Assembly: GCA_051362555.1 (NCBI GenBank) | Contig: CM120640.1 | Location: 43,316,788 to 43,380,787 of the forward strand | Direction: 5' to 3' | Length of the DNA stretch: 64,000 bases | DNA from: Lingula anatina | Taxonomy: Eukaryota; Animalia; Brachiopoda | Part shown: positions 11,589 through 25,355 of the stretch, in pieces | Layout: the number at the start of each line of letters is the position of its first letter | Numbering within the stretch: position 1 is the stretch's first letter | Program-made: the position numbers and the translations under genes | Notes under the pieces: model-generated | The model's database searches: none | What the model was told of the DNA's origin: nothing | Seen by the model: the letters and a program-made list of their open reading frames with translations, nothing else

Positions 11589-14500
11589 TCAATGCTTCCT
11601 TTTCTTTTTTGTTTTCACACCCTGCTCTTCATCATTATCAGTTTTCTTTGAATAATTCCTGTTCTTAACATTGGCATATGAATAGAAATGAACTCCAATC
11701 TTCTTCGACTTCTCTGCTCTTTCTAGTTTTCTTCTCTGAAATCAAATCGTAGTCCCATTAGCCAAATACTTCGGATGTATAAATGCACTCCTATGCCTTC
11801 CCATCCATAGACAAAAACCTTTCTATCCAAGAGGGAATGGTTTCCAAACATTAAAATTTTTCAAGATCTTTAAATTCTTAATTAAAGTCTGGTCTTTGGG
11901 TTTTCATATAATTACCTCTTTTCCTGACATTTTCACCTCCATATCCTCTTCTTCAGAATCTGCGCAGTTTATTCTCTTTCTCTTCCTCCCTGCAGTTTTA
12001 CTGGTTGGCTTTGTTGCTGCAGAGGGGGTCATCTCTACGCAAGTCACAGCATCTTTTTCTGTCATGACATATTCCACAAATCCTGAACAGGAAGTGAATA
12101 AATAAAAAATTGTAAAATATGGATGGAACGAAAAATATTTTTAAAAATTAGGCCCCTCCTTCCACCCCAATTCCCCTGTTCTTTAATATCTCATGTTGAT
12201 ACCGAAAAGCTTGCTATTACACATTAACAAATTCCTTTCCCTGATCAACAGCATTCTAATTATTTTTTTCTGCAATATTTACCATAACCATATGGCACTT
12301 CTCAAATATAATTGCTTTAATTTGTCATCACCTCATTTCTGAACATTTTCCATGTTGGATGAACGTCACTGTTATTTGTTCATTAACATCAACTTTGACT
12401 AGCTTGGTTTAAAACAGAAAATAATCGGGTATTCTTTATAAAATTTGGTTTGATTTGCTGCTTCTAAGATTTGATTATGTATAAAAAAAGGTACCTTTTG
12501 CATTAGTAGTACTTTTCTTTTTGGAAAATCCAGAATCCTGAGGAGTTACAACAAATGTCCCACTCTTGCTCTTGTATTTAGAGGCAGTTTTCACTGAACT
12601 GCTTTTTTCCTTTATAGGGACAACTTTCTGTTCCAGTTTTATGACCTTATGTTTGACAGTACTTTTCTTTCCTCTTTTGGTCTTGGCACCCAATTTCACA
12701 TTTGAATCAGTGTCTAATTCAGTCAAACTTTCCTTTAATTTATCATTCACATTCTCGATATCTTTCTTTGCCTTCTTTTCAACTGAAGCAGTATCATCAG
12801 TTTTAGACGTGGTCATCTTCTCTGATAAAACATCACTTGTACTACTTGGGAGTTCATTATGGGTCATTTCTGCATCTGATTCACTGTCATCATATTCTGT
12901 ATTCTCTTCATTAAAGGTTTCATCTTGTTCTAGAGGTTGGACATCTTCTCCCTCAAACTCTGGTTCTACATTTATCTTACTGAAATCTTGCCTCACTTGA
13001 ACGTGTACTTTTACTTTGGCAGGTTGTGCCATATCTTCACCATTAGGGATAGGAGCTTTAGTAGACAATGCAGCATCTTGAGCATTTGCTTCCTGTGCCT
13101 CTGTAGCTGCTTCTGGGACTTCCAATTTATCATTCATATTTCTTGGTTCCTATTTGGAAAAAAAAAATATATATATATATATTATATATTACACGTTTTC
13201 ATCTACAAGCATTCTTGCTGTTCAATTTTCAGTTTAAGTAACTGTTTATTACACCATGCAAATTCACTTTCATAAGAACATCTCACAAGATAACAGACAA
13301 ATGATATAAAAGAATATGGAGATGAAACTCTTTAAATCATCAGAAGAAAAAAGACTTACATCTGATTCTGGGGGTCTTACATAGTAAGGAAGTTTTCCTC
13401 TCTGCCAGTCATTCAGGACCATTTTAGCTACGGTACAATAATCTGGCTCTCCACCCTAAAAGGGAATACTTACACTATTTAACTGTTAAAAATGATTGGA
13501 GCTGCAACAATACTGACATCAACAACAAACTGGTATTTCATCAAGTTTAAAACCCAAGTAAATGTTTTTCTGGCATGAAATAACTTTTCAGATTATTGAA
13601 TTATGATTTTATCTTTTTTAAAAACAACAAAGACACAAGAAAAAAAAAACAAAAAACACAGCATGAGCTATCCAAAGAAGAAATCGTTCTCACATAACAA
13701 TATCTGTCTGATGAAGTCCTTCAGTGAGAATGAAAGCTCAAAAGTTATTAGAGTTTTTACGTTCAAAAATAAAAAATGGTTCATTTTTTCACATTTACAA
13801 GATATTGTGAACCACACCACATATATACTTAATTGTTTATACCAAACTTATTCACCATTACAGTTAAGTTTTCCCCCCATTTATCAAGTACCTTGAGCAG
13901 TTTGCCTGATCTTTGGGCTAATTTTTCCAGGAACTCTTCTGCAGTAGTCCAGGTGTCAATCTTGTATGTTTTAGCCACATACTCTTTTCTCACTCTTTCC
14001 AAAACTGCTGGGATGTAATCTTCTGGGCTTTTTATATTCTCTACACGAACCTAGAGGTTTGGTTTAACAATCTGGTATCACTAACTTCTCTTCGCAGTCT
14101 TAGTGGCCACTTATTACTTTATCCAATAGGAACTGATCCACAAATACTTAATGTTGGGCAGTTACATCAACCAGTAAAGTAAATTATGTAATTGACCATA
14201 AGTTATGAGCTGGATTTAGTAACTCTTTAATCTTAATTATGCTTATTGCCATTTTACATTTTATTCATATAAAGGACATTCTTAATGTCACAGATACATA
14301 GCCATACCAAATAAGGGTGGAAATTTAATCTCTTACCACTCCCTTCAGCACTATCTCTGTCTCAGTGTCCCCCTGTGGGTATACCACACCTGGGCAGTCA
14401 ATGAGGAAGATCCTTCTCATCAGTGTCACATACTGCCACACCTGGAAATGTTTTGCACAACCTTGAAGCCACTTTAAAATTAAAGGCCCTTGTTCACTGT

Positions 14501-17500
14501 CAGTTTAATCCAGGCATTCTTTTATTTGGTTTTATAACAGGTTGGTTTATAAAACATTAAACCTCATAATTACCAACTAGCAAGAATCCCAATTTTAACT
14601 TCATTTAAATCATACTGAAACCCATTGCTGCTGTAAATAAGTATCTATTGTCTTTAATAAAACCTTGTTAAACTTTGTATCATAACTGTACACACAACTT
14701 TGTAATTCATGTGTAAACGATACTCATATTTCAAGTAATTCTGTAGGAGCAAAGTTCCACTTGTAAAAAGCAAATTATTAGAAAATCACAAAAAACACTA
14801 ATAATCATTTTTTCAAATGAAAATGTTTACATTAAAAACAATTTTCTGACCTTTGTTTCTCCAGCAATGGGAGCCACATTACAAACTTTCTTGGCACGCA
14901 AGGTGTTAATGATTGAGCTCTTTCCCACATTTGGGTAGCCAATAAATCCAACACTAATCTGCTGGCGGTCACTGTGTAACTAGAAAGATATCAAATAATT
15001 TAATTGTTATTTCCTACTGAAACTATGGCATTTAAATACATTAATGAAGATTCAAATCTCAATATTCTACAACATAAAATATAATAAAGGTTACAAGTTA
15101 TCAACCCTCTTCAGATAAAACGAGTAATTCAAAACTTGTCCCGACTCCGTCTACTGGTTACTTGATGGGTGTAAAAATTAACTTACTTTTCCAAACTGTC
15201 TTAGCAAATTAATCATAGCTCCTTTGCCGAATGAATTTGTGATGCTAGCATGGAAAGCTAACGTGGGGTATTCAGATGACAAAATAGCAACCCATTTTTT
15301 CTGAAGAACAAAAAATCATTATCAGTACAATTTATTTTTTAAAAAGAGCAATGTTTCAATTAAATTAAATCTGCTGACTGTAGCCTGCATATATATTGTT
15401 TCATAATTCAACAATTATCAATAACTCCCAAAAACATTACTGCAAAAATCAAAAAGAACTTCTGTACTTTTGTCAAAGATGACAAAGGGCTACCTTAAGA
15501 ATATGTCATTTCAAACAATGAAATACATTTTATTAACTTTACCGTAACCCATGTTGGCACAAGATCACACTTGTTCAACACAAAAATGAGGTGTTTGTGT
15601 GGCTTCTCTTTTTTAAGGTAGGCCTCCACCTGGCGACACCTGGTGCCGAGAGGATCCCTAGCATCCAAAACCTGGAGTATCACATCAGCTGAATCTATAA
15701 CCTGAAAAGTTCCATTCAAATTTTGATAATACATTAAAAGACATTTCTTGAGGTAAGGGTGAGAACATATGACATATCATTAATTAAAACCATCAGCCAG
15801 CTTTGCGCCATTACAGCAAAGTGGTCTTCAAATAATTAAAATCAAACATCAGTGGGCGATCGTTTGATGGACATAATGAACAACATATATTATGCAATTA
15901 TGCCAAAAGTCAAACATCACTTTCTCACAAAAATAACTAGTAAGCAGACTTATTATACCACTACAATTGTCATTATATTCATCTCCTTACTTTGTACAGT
16001 TCACTCCAAATCCTCCTGGAAGTCCCTGCTCTGAAGACCAGTTCCTTGGCCTCTTCTTTCACACCAGTGTCCTCTACATCCAAGTCTCTGTCCTTTTCTG
16101 CATCATACTTGTCTGTGGAAGACTGGGCAGCAGCAAGGAGACTCTGAGGATGAAATGAGCCTTTTTTTAAAATCTAAAATGACTTTTTTGCAATTTTTCA
16201 ATAGAAAATGGGGATAATCTTACAGAAATTTAAACAAGTAAGGCAAAATCAATGTTGCAGTGCTAGGAATATGATCACACTTTATTCAGTAAATAATGTT
16301 ATCTGGCTTCATATTAATGTTTGTTAAATGTTCTGCTAATCTATCATTTAAAGTGCATCCTTAAGTAATATAAAATAAATAGAAACGACACAATGAAAGA
16401 CAACTTATTCTTAGGCATACACATGTACATACCTGTACATCCACTGCTTTAATGTTAGGTTTTTTTCTCAGAGATTTTGGCCCAAATGTAGACTGAAATG
16501 GTTCTGTATCCAGGAGATGAACTCTAGCATGCTATTTTGTCAAATGAAGACATTTATATAAAATTAGACAGTACTAAATAAGTAAAATATGTAGTTATTA
16601 AAAACTGATTATTTTAGTGAAATGTTCAAAAATAAATATTCCTTTTCATTATGTTTGTCACTCTCCCTGTAGTTCAAACTGTTAAATCCAAAACCATTAG
16701 ACTATCTTTGACTATCAATTTACTAGTAACAAAATATTTTATTATAATTATAATATAATAAAATATGTAAGATAAACATTTTATAATCAAGACTCGTCTT
16801 AATGGCGAACACCCTTGCTGTAGATGAAATTTGCTGTACGAATACCTTAAATTAAGCAAAAGTTTGATTGATCTTCCCCAAAGGAAGCAATTTAGTTACC
16901 TTAGCAGTTTCATTCAGGAGGGTGATGGGTAACTTAGTCTGTTTCATGACAACTTTATATGGGTCTTTCATAACTTTACCCATTTCTTCTTGAAAAGACT
17001 GTAAAGCTTTCTGAGTTATTACTCTAGTATTGCCTGCAAAGATTAATGCGAGGGTTAATTATATGTGTAAGCACAATGAATGTTTCCATTTAAAAGGCTA
17101 TTACATTAACAGCACCATTGCAAACAAACAACAAATAAGAAGTACAATCTATCAACAAAGCAATAATATCTGTTATAATCATAAGACCACATACAAAAAG
17201 GAATACATAAAAATCACCAGAAATGATTGAAGATAATATTCAAATTTAAAATCTCCAAACAGAAAATTGTTTAAAGAAATAGTCAAGTTCTCACCAAACC
17301 ATCTTCTATTTGGTTCAACCCTGGCCACAGTACCAGATGCAAGGGTGGATTGATATGGTGCTGGCTTGGTTATTTTTCCATGTTTGTCTCTGCAAACAAT
17401 TTTCAGATAGTTTATGATATATTTCAATGACGTTTTAAATATAAAATTGCCCTTAGCATGAACTACAAAATTCATAAAGTATGTGACCTTTATGTGGAAT

Positions 17501-18309
17501 CTTTTAAAAATGCATTACCTTTAAAAAAATTAGTTAAGAGTACACATACCTTTTGGGTTTAAAATTTCTGTACATCTGTAACCTCTTTATAGTAGCTCTG
17601 TCCCTCATGTTTTGACCTCCTGCACCTTTGGCTCGATCTATCAGAATAAAAGCAATAATGTAAATGAATTTCAGTGGCCCATGCATTTTCAAATGCACTT
17701 CCTTTGTTTGTTTTTAAAAGAGAAACAAAACCTGATCTACATGGAGACAAGATGATCAACATTACAAAATTCACAGTACTTGGTTCAGCATGATGCAGCT
17801 TGAGGAGGCAAGAAGTAAGAAAACATTTTGAGAGCTTCAATATCTGGTGGATGCTCTAGCTAGCAGTTGTCTAAGGCAATAATGTTCAGGTGTGAGTATA
17901 AATACTAAATATCAAAAATGTAAACATTAGTGCTAACACAAGGATTTTTATTCTATATAAAGTATTGTCAAAACTTCTTTGGTAAATTCATCAATAATAC
18001 AGTACATGGGGCGGTTTCATTTTTTTTTTTTTTTTCATTTATAATCAAACTCATGTTCTTGAAATATCCTTACAACGTTGGCACATCCCAACATCCAAAT
18101 TTAAGACACTAAAAAAGTGTTCACATAACAGCAAATTATGACAAACTACATCATATATAAGAAGCAGAACTAATGTTCTAGTGTTGTAGTAGTCCAGCTT
18201 TTAATTAAAAAATATTTAGCACGAAATTACCTGGATTCATGCTGTGGTTGGCCCTGTTTATTCCATCTCCCTTTTTGGGAGCTTTCCCTGCTTTTTTCGC
18301 TTTACCCAT
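11589..18309 (-). CDS. GNL2: Nucleolar GTP-binding protein 2 (NOG2/NGP1), ~792 aa, 15 exons
   Basis: Exons 18309-18231, 17637-17550, 17389-17295, 17033-16900, 16531-16433, 16143-15991, 15701-15543, 15300-15187, 14979-14851, 14441-14337, 14050-13892, 13455-13360, 13149-12495, 12082-11916, 11735-11589. Motifs [65 protein letters not shown]-terminal [17 protein letters not shown]. Confidence 0.95.
13664..13740 (+). other. Degenerate hammerhead-ribozyme-like motif (Penelope-type remnant)
   Basis: CTGATGA (13708) and GAAA (13732) followed by GCTCA, which pairs with upstream TGAGCT. Stem II needs two transitions to restore (GTCCT/AGAAT to AGGAC); stem I does not pair. Confidence 0.35.
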
Positions 18310-18544
18310 TTTGATGATTCTCCTATAACTATGATATAACTATGTAATTTTATGTTATTTCTATTACTTATACTATTAGTAAGTGCTTTCTGTTAGCGGA
18401 AAACGTGGAATATATGATACGGACTAACGTCCTTGGAAGTTTGCATTGGCTAAAATTTCTTGGTGCGGAATCAGTGTGACGTCAGAACCGGGGAATTCGA
18501 CGAGTTTTGAAAGAAAGTTATGCATATTTCCCGCACAATTTATA
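18310..18544. promoter_or_regulatory. Bidirectional GNL2/CENPW promoter
   Basis: 235 bp between divergent ATGs. ATTGG 18445, CRE TGACGTCA 18477-18484, CHR-like TTTGAA 18506-18511, E2F site TTTCCCGC 18527-18534. Confidence 0.7.
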
Positions 18545-19890
18545 ATGAAACGCAAATTCCCAAGAGCCACAGTCAAATCTTTAGCAAGGAGAGGAAATAA
18601 GAAAATAAGGTTAAAAGGGAAGAAAGTAGACGTACTGGTGAGGTTCAGAATAAGTTGTTCGTTTTTTAAAATACTGGGCATTACATTTCTAGCTGGATAA
18701 CATCAACAGTCATCATTCACAAAAGTGAATACAATAAATTCAGTTTCAAATCTGCTACAATTGGATTTTAACACTAGCTTTGCAGCTGTTCACTGATAGT
18801 TATAGAATAATCTAATGGTGTGTGATATCGCCTGCAATAATTTGACTAAGTTTTAAAACAAAGATTGGAAGCCGCTTTCCATTGTTTTATGATAGAAATA
18901 TTATTTCATAAACATAGAAACAAGCACTTCACTTGGCCGTATAATTTGACTTTTAATGACTCTTTCTGGTAGAAGTTCCATGCTTTCTGACCAAAATAAA
19001 TTTAACCATTTAAAATACTTACATAAGTTAACACAAAAAAATGCGATCCAAAAAACTGCTAGCAACTCGACCACAACAGTTAATATGTGAAAAAATAAAA
19101 TACGAGTGCTCATTATTGAGATAACTTAATGACTCATGTTATCAAAGCTTGGAAGGGAAAAATTAATGGAATTTGTTTTCTTTACTGCAATAGCTCTTCT
19201 TGGACTACATGCTTTTCTTGAAGAGGCTGGCCAACAAGGCAGATGCATTGGCTCAGGAAGAAAAACAGAGGATCCTTAATGCTGGACACATCAGAGCTGT
19301 TAAATCTGTAAGCAGGTGTCATACTCTTTATGTTTATTTGGTCAGGAGTATCATGGGGTTTTGCTGCCTTCAATGATTCATTGCTTCAGTGTAAAAATTG
19401 TGTTTATATAATAATAATAATAATAATTTATTCGAGCATTAAATGTGGCAGTTACATTTGTTAGCCCTCTATACTACAAATATATAAATAAATAAATAGT
19501 TATACATCACTATGGATTACTACTAATACTAATACAGTGTTTAAGATTATTAATTACAGTGTATACGTTGTTTAAAATACTTATTACAACTGGCTCACAT
19601 TCCTGTTTTGCCTTGCTTTGATAAGAATTCCCCAGTCAAAATGTAATTGATGGCATTTCATCTCACTCTTGGGACTTGGATGGCTTGACTACTGAAAGTA
19701 CAGTTTAAATTGTTCAGTCTTGTTTTAAAGTCATTTGCAGAGGAGATGTTGTGATACATAAAACTCCACTTATTAATTTTTGGGGTACAAACATATCATG
19801 AATTTTTTTCATAATTAATTAAGAGGTGCATTATGGCTTATTTTTAAGTTACTTTTTTTACAGCAAGTTCTCACTGCATCAAGAGGGTGA
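18545..19890 (+). CDS. CENPW: Centromere protein W (histone-fold), 77 aa, 3 exons
   Basis: Exons 18545-18637, 19194-19307, 19864-19890, all phase 0: MKRKFPRATVKSLARRGNKKIRLKGKKVDVL / LFLDYMLFLKRLANKADALAQEEKQRILNAGHIRAVKS / QVLTASRG*. Resembles vertebrate CENP-W as recalled (KRKAPR..., LLF..RLAEE, terminal SRG). Confidence 0.87.
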
Positions 19891-21627
19891 AGGAATACAT
19901 CAAGCATATGTCAGGTTGAGAAATGTTGGCCTTGGATTCGTCTAGATCAGAAGAGATCGACTTCAAATTAACTATCAGCGTTGGATTAGGATGACTTTTT
20001 CATATTATGTGGCAGTTCATTGGATACCAGACATTATTAGATAATGGAATTAAATATTCTTAGCGAATATTTCTGTAGATACTGTCAACTCAACCTGAAA
20101 TGCCATTTGCAAACAAAAAGTTTTTTATTAAACAGAGCTTGGTGTAATATTAATAAAAGTAGTATATATGTGTGTGTGTATATGATACTGTACATAATTT
20201 GATTTAATATTTTAATAAATTGATTGAAAAGCTGTTCCATAGTTGGGTTTTGAGGTTATAAACAGTAAAGGTTGTTATTGAGAATGTAAGATAAAACTTT
20301 TAACTACCATCAAGCAAACAATTAGTATTCAGAAAGTTGGCATTTTGTCATACATAATATTTCTTTTGCAAATGTTATATAAATTATTAATAAAGCTGTA
20401 AGCTTGAGAAACAAATTTTGCCCCCCCCCCCCCCAAAAAAAAAAAAAAAGTTGAAGGTGGGCAGTTGCGAGTTTAATGCTACTAAGGCTTAAGCATTAAA
20501 GATGAAGACCAATCGTCACTTAGGATCAATAAAGTTTATTTTGAGTATTAAAAACCAATGTTATGGCTCTAATTTAACAAAATACATTTCTTTGAAAAAG
20601 TGATTTTCCCTCCCTCAATGTAGCGCCATAAGAAATGTGTCAGTGATCTCTAAAATTCACTCACTAAAAACATTGATGCATCAGTTTAAATGTATGAATG
20701 AAAAAACTCCATATTTCAATTTAAACTAAAATTCTTTACAATAAAAATATACCAAATGCAGACATAATTACTTGATCAAAACCTTCAGATAAAACCATAC
20801 ACAAGAGTGACAAGACTTAAATGCAAAATCCCACTTTAAACATCTGGCTTAAGCTTGAGGAAACTGTTATATGCAGTCCTTGCATTTTGTTATAATTTTT
20901 GGAGCACAGGTTTTAGTTTCACTCTTAAATTACCATGCTTTTGGGATACAAGAACACCATGGCTGTCTAAAAGGAAACGAAGCAACACATGCTGTCAAAT
21001 GGACAACATATATATTTCATGAGAATCCAAGACAAAAAAAAAAAAAAAAATGCAAAATAGACTAAACGTGGGAAAAAAGGGGGAGAGGGCAGGCTAGCTC
21101 TAAAACATCCAATCTAGCTGATTTTCAAACTGGTGTACATAAGTTCTTTAAATCGTTTCTGTAAGTTTAACAATTATGCATTCCCCGATTTTACATTTAC
21201 TTGGTATTAAGGTAAAAATTGCAAAAAGACTGGAAAACATACTAGTACTGAAGTCAAACAGTCTGATTAGGGGCAAAAATCCTGTACAACTTTTACTTTA
21301 CAGATATGGATTTTATAAACATTTTTTTAAAAATCAAAATTTCACAAAAAACACTATAATGCATGCATTTGTTCCTATTTTTTAACATGAAATAAAGGTA
21401 TGTTCTACACAAACAGCTGACGTTTGTTAACTTAAGACTAGTACTAAAGCTTACTATAATGGAAGTTTTCAGAAAGTCAAAGTAAAAAGGTAAACCAAAT
21501 GCAAAAAAATTGTGCCAGGTGGGAATGCTTATGTCCTGTGAAATATATCCTCAAGTACCCTAATTTTAATGCACAATCCCATACCCTGAAAAAATTCTTG
21601 CTGCTTAGCCCCCCTAAATAAATAAGG

Positions 21628-21628
<1 letters not shown>

Positions 21629-21682
<54 letters not shown>
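21629..21682. repeat. (TA)n microsatellite abutting the CREC-gene stop codon
   Basis: Pure TA run immediately 3' of the TAA on the minus strand. Confidence 0.95.
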
Positions 21683-21689
<7 letters not shown>

Positions 21690-23770
21690 TCTTCGTGTAA
21701 GTGTTCACCATAATCTGTAGCTTGACTTCCAACCCACAATTCATGCTGTGCAACTATTTCATCTTTTGTTACTTTGCCATCCTTATCAACATCACTTTCT
21801 GAAATCAAGTGTTCAGCCTCTCTCTGTGCAGCCTCTTCATTATCTGGGGATACCCAAGCTTTTAATTCCTCATTATCTAAAACTCCATCCTTGTTTTTGT
21901 CTAATTCAGCAAAGTTGTCTTTTTCTACTATCTCTGATTCCTTGCTGATTTCCTCTGCAAAGTAAAATAATATTGTTAATAATAATAAAGATAAATAGAA
22001 GTAATATGTACAAGGAATAAATATTTAATTGTTCTACAAATGCTCTGAAAGCTGGGAAAGTTTTTCTTCAGTATACCGATCTTGATAAAATGCTTGAAAG
22101 ATCAAACTTAAGGGCGAAATTTCTGGCAATTATAATAACCTCTTCCCATTATAGTACAGTGTGGTGTGTTCTGTAGCATATATGATGTTTTTGTCTAATA
22201 CATTTCATTTAAGTTATAATACTTCTTTTAAACAGAGTTTTAACATATACTCTAACTTGCATGGTAATCTACATACATACTTACCATCTCCTAAGAACTC
22301 CTGGAAAGACAGTTCCCCATTTTTGTCTTTATCCAAAGATAATAAAGTGACTGCAACCTCAGCATCTGTCATATGCTTATAGTCATAAGGGTGGAGAAAT
22401 GCAGCATACTCATTCTCATCCAATAAATTGTTTTTGTCTTGATCAGCAGCAGCGAATTTTATTTCATCAATCTGTAAGCTCTGAAAAAAAACAACCACAT
22501 GAAAGTTTGGTTGTTTTCTCTTGCTTAAACTGGGAAAAATTGGTACATGTATTAATAATTCATAATTCAAAGAAAAAGAGCAAACATATTTTCAAAGCAA
22601 TTCTTTTTACCCTTATAACATATGGATTTCCTCATTAATTATAAAATATGAATGCCCTAAAATTACTTTATAATGACTTGAAATGACTTAAAAGGTATAG
22701 TTTAAAGATCATACAAATTTTTTTATGATACCTCTAAAATGTGTTCATTGTCTTCATTTGGATCTTTCTTTAAATCTTCAATTTCTTTTGGTGCATAATT
22801 GTATGACCCTCTTATGTATTCCTCCCAGCTAACATATTTATCCTCATTACTGTCATGTTCTAAGAATTTGCTTTCTGCATCTTCTTCATCTAAAGTTCTA
22901 GAATAAATAACATGTTAAATCCACAGATCAATCATTTACATAGGAAACTTCCATTTATTATGAGTTACACACCTCTGAGTGACCGTAAATAATTTATAAT
23001 AAATAAGTAAATGTACACAGCTTGAAATGTTTTATCATCTCTCTTCAATTATACCAGAAGCAATGCTTTTCTATCATCCATATTTGCTACACTTGGCTCA
23101 TAAAAATGGGATTTGGTGGATATTTTAACTAATGTCTTTTTTTTTCATCAAGATCTTACAAGCTGAGAAAAATAAGGTTTTCTAAATGTTACTTTTTTTG
23201 TTCTTCCGTTGCTCATCTCACCTAAAAGAATTTACTATCCAAAGTATAAGTTCTTCCTTAGTTACAAAACCATCTTTGTCCTGGTCCATCTTATCAACCA
23301 GCTTGCCCAGGCGTTCTTTGGCCTCTTCTGGTGGAAGCTGGTCAAACTCTTCTTCTAAATTTTTCCTTCCTGAAATATGATTATTATCAACATTAGCAAT
23401 ATTTATGTATAACTTCTTAAGTATATATGGTTTCTTGAATGCCAAAATGGCTGCAATAAATATTTTACGTCAAATTCATACTATTTATTGTAGTTATTAA
23501 TATGTAAAATTACTAGTAAGCATCACTGCTCAAGCTACCCTATAAACATGCAGTCTGGAAACTACAGTACTTATTAATTATTCTGCTAAATTTACCAATT
23601 ACTGCTTCATGGTCAAAATCTGCATTGTGTATTCCTTCTGTGTAGTGATCATCATTTGATCTAGGAAGATGCCCTCCATGCTCAGTATGCTCTCTACAAA
23701 TACCCCAGTCAGACATCAAAAGCAGCAGAAAACTAAGACACATGCTTGGACTGATATCTGACTTTGCCAT
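21683..23770 (-). CDS. CREC-family ER luminal EF-hand protein (calumenin/reticulocalbin-like), ~318 aa, 5 coding exons
   Basis: Exons 23770-23596, 23369-23222, 22897-22732, 22480-22285, 21954-21683. Signal peptide; FDHEA motif; [17 protein letters not shown]; EF-hands DQDKDG, DKDKNG, DKNKDG, DVDKDG; [11 protein letters not shown]; C-terminal HEEL retention signal. Probable non-coding exon with donor at 24484. Confidence 0.92.
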
Positions 23771-24484
23771 GTTGTACTCTGGAAAAAATATATACCCCTT
23801 GTCAATTTAAATGCTTTATTGAAAAAGAATCAGTGATGTAGGGATGCATTCAATGTAGGTTCAGAGTCAGGGTGCATCAGGGGCAGATCCAGAGATATTT
23901 TCTGATAGTCTTCCCAATTGTCTTTTTTGATCCAGCAGCAATGACAATGGGAATTCGAAGTCGCCCCTCCCCCTTCCCATCTGAAATTCTTCGTCTCATG
24001 TTAAACCCCATTATCAGTTGTAAACTAATAAGTTACTAACATCAAATTGTTTATTTACCAAAACATGGGGCTCATATAAAATAGACATATCTACACCTGT
24101 ATACTAGTATTTATGAACTTGGAAATTTGAAGCAAACACTACTGTAAGTCTACACATACACAACTGCACACACCAAGTGACGCGAAAAATCATGCATTAG
24201 CACTTTTTTCATGTGTTAAAAAAGAGAGTACATATTTAGAAAATAAATAAAACCGTTAACACATAATTACAGAACATATAAAAATGTAAATAAAAGTTAA
24301 AACGTATAAATTAAGTGCTAATGTGTGGTTTTGCCTGCTACACGTACATTGTACGTTTGCTTTTTTCCGTAATCTGACATTTAGCAAACGTTTCGCACGT
24401 CTCAACACAAATCCTTTAAATGGTACCGATAACTGAGATAGGTCAAATGTAATTAAGAGGTGATGAAATGTGGATTTTATTTAC

Positions 24485-24971
24485 CTTGCTCAACCCAAAC
24501 AACAGAATCCCAGCCAACACTAGCAGTAGGCAAAGTAGACTAAAACGTACGTATAGATATTTTGAATTGTTCTGGTTATTTTTTATTTGATTTCCATAAA
24601 TATTGATAATGCTGACATACAGTTGTATTTTTTATTATAAATTTGCAATAAATTAAGTTTTATTTGATTTTAATATTAACAAACGTGAAAAAAATGTTTT
24701 TTAATAATGTATATTATGCGCGCTATTACCCCTATTTGGAGCAGCCATTAGACGTTATCAGGTAAGCGATCTAATTTGTTTAATTATGTTAGTTGGGTTG
24801 TTTTAATAGTTTTATAACAGAAATTTCAAATCAAAACTTCATTAATTTAACTTAAGTTATAAAATGCTTATTTGCAATATGTAGAATTGCTGAGCGCGGA
24901 CACCTGTTAATTGCGCATGCTCATTTTGAAAGGAGGGGCTGCGTTTCCGGTATGCGACCTGTTTGATATCG
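24485..24971. promoter_or_regulatory. Bidirectional promoter and non-coding first exons of the CREC gene (-) and myosin RLC (+)
   Basis: Divergent splice donors (minus-strand AAG|GTAAAT at 24484; plus-strand G|GTAAGT at 24972). NRF1-like TGCGCATGC 24912-24920; ETS-like TTCCGG 24945. Confidence 0.55.
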
Positions 24972-25355
24972 GTAAGTTTAGCATCACTCCTTCCTAATTT
25001 TACGTTTCTGTTTGAAATGTTGTCTGTATAACAATCAGTTAGAAGTTTTTAAACATTGAATATCTTGTTGAGATGTTTTACAGCGTTGCAAAAAGTTTGA
25101 ATAAAGTAACTGAAATGCAGTCCAGTGCCAGTGGTACAGATTTGAGATTTGCATTTGGACGATTGAACATGCTTGTTGACACAACCTCAAAATTTCCTTA
25201 AAGTTTTTCTTTCATTAATTTTTTTTTCATTAGTATTGCGTGAAAAATTTCATTACCATCTTAAAGATTGATATCCACATATAGAAATGTTTTAAGATGA
25301 TGGGTCCTTCACTGTATTGTTGGACATTGTAATGAGTCATGTGCAATAACATTTT

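Noticed and set aside
12566-13275. Plus-strand ORFs of 144 and 112 aa
   Set aside because: Antisense shadows of the low-complexity GNL2 exon.
18446-18700. 84-aa ORF as a single-exon gene
   Set aside because: Only 18545-18637 is coding (CENPW exon 1); the rest is promoter and intron.
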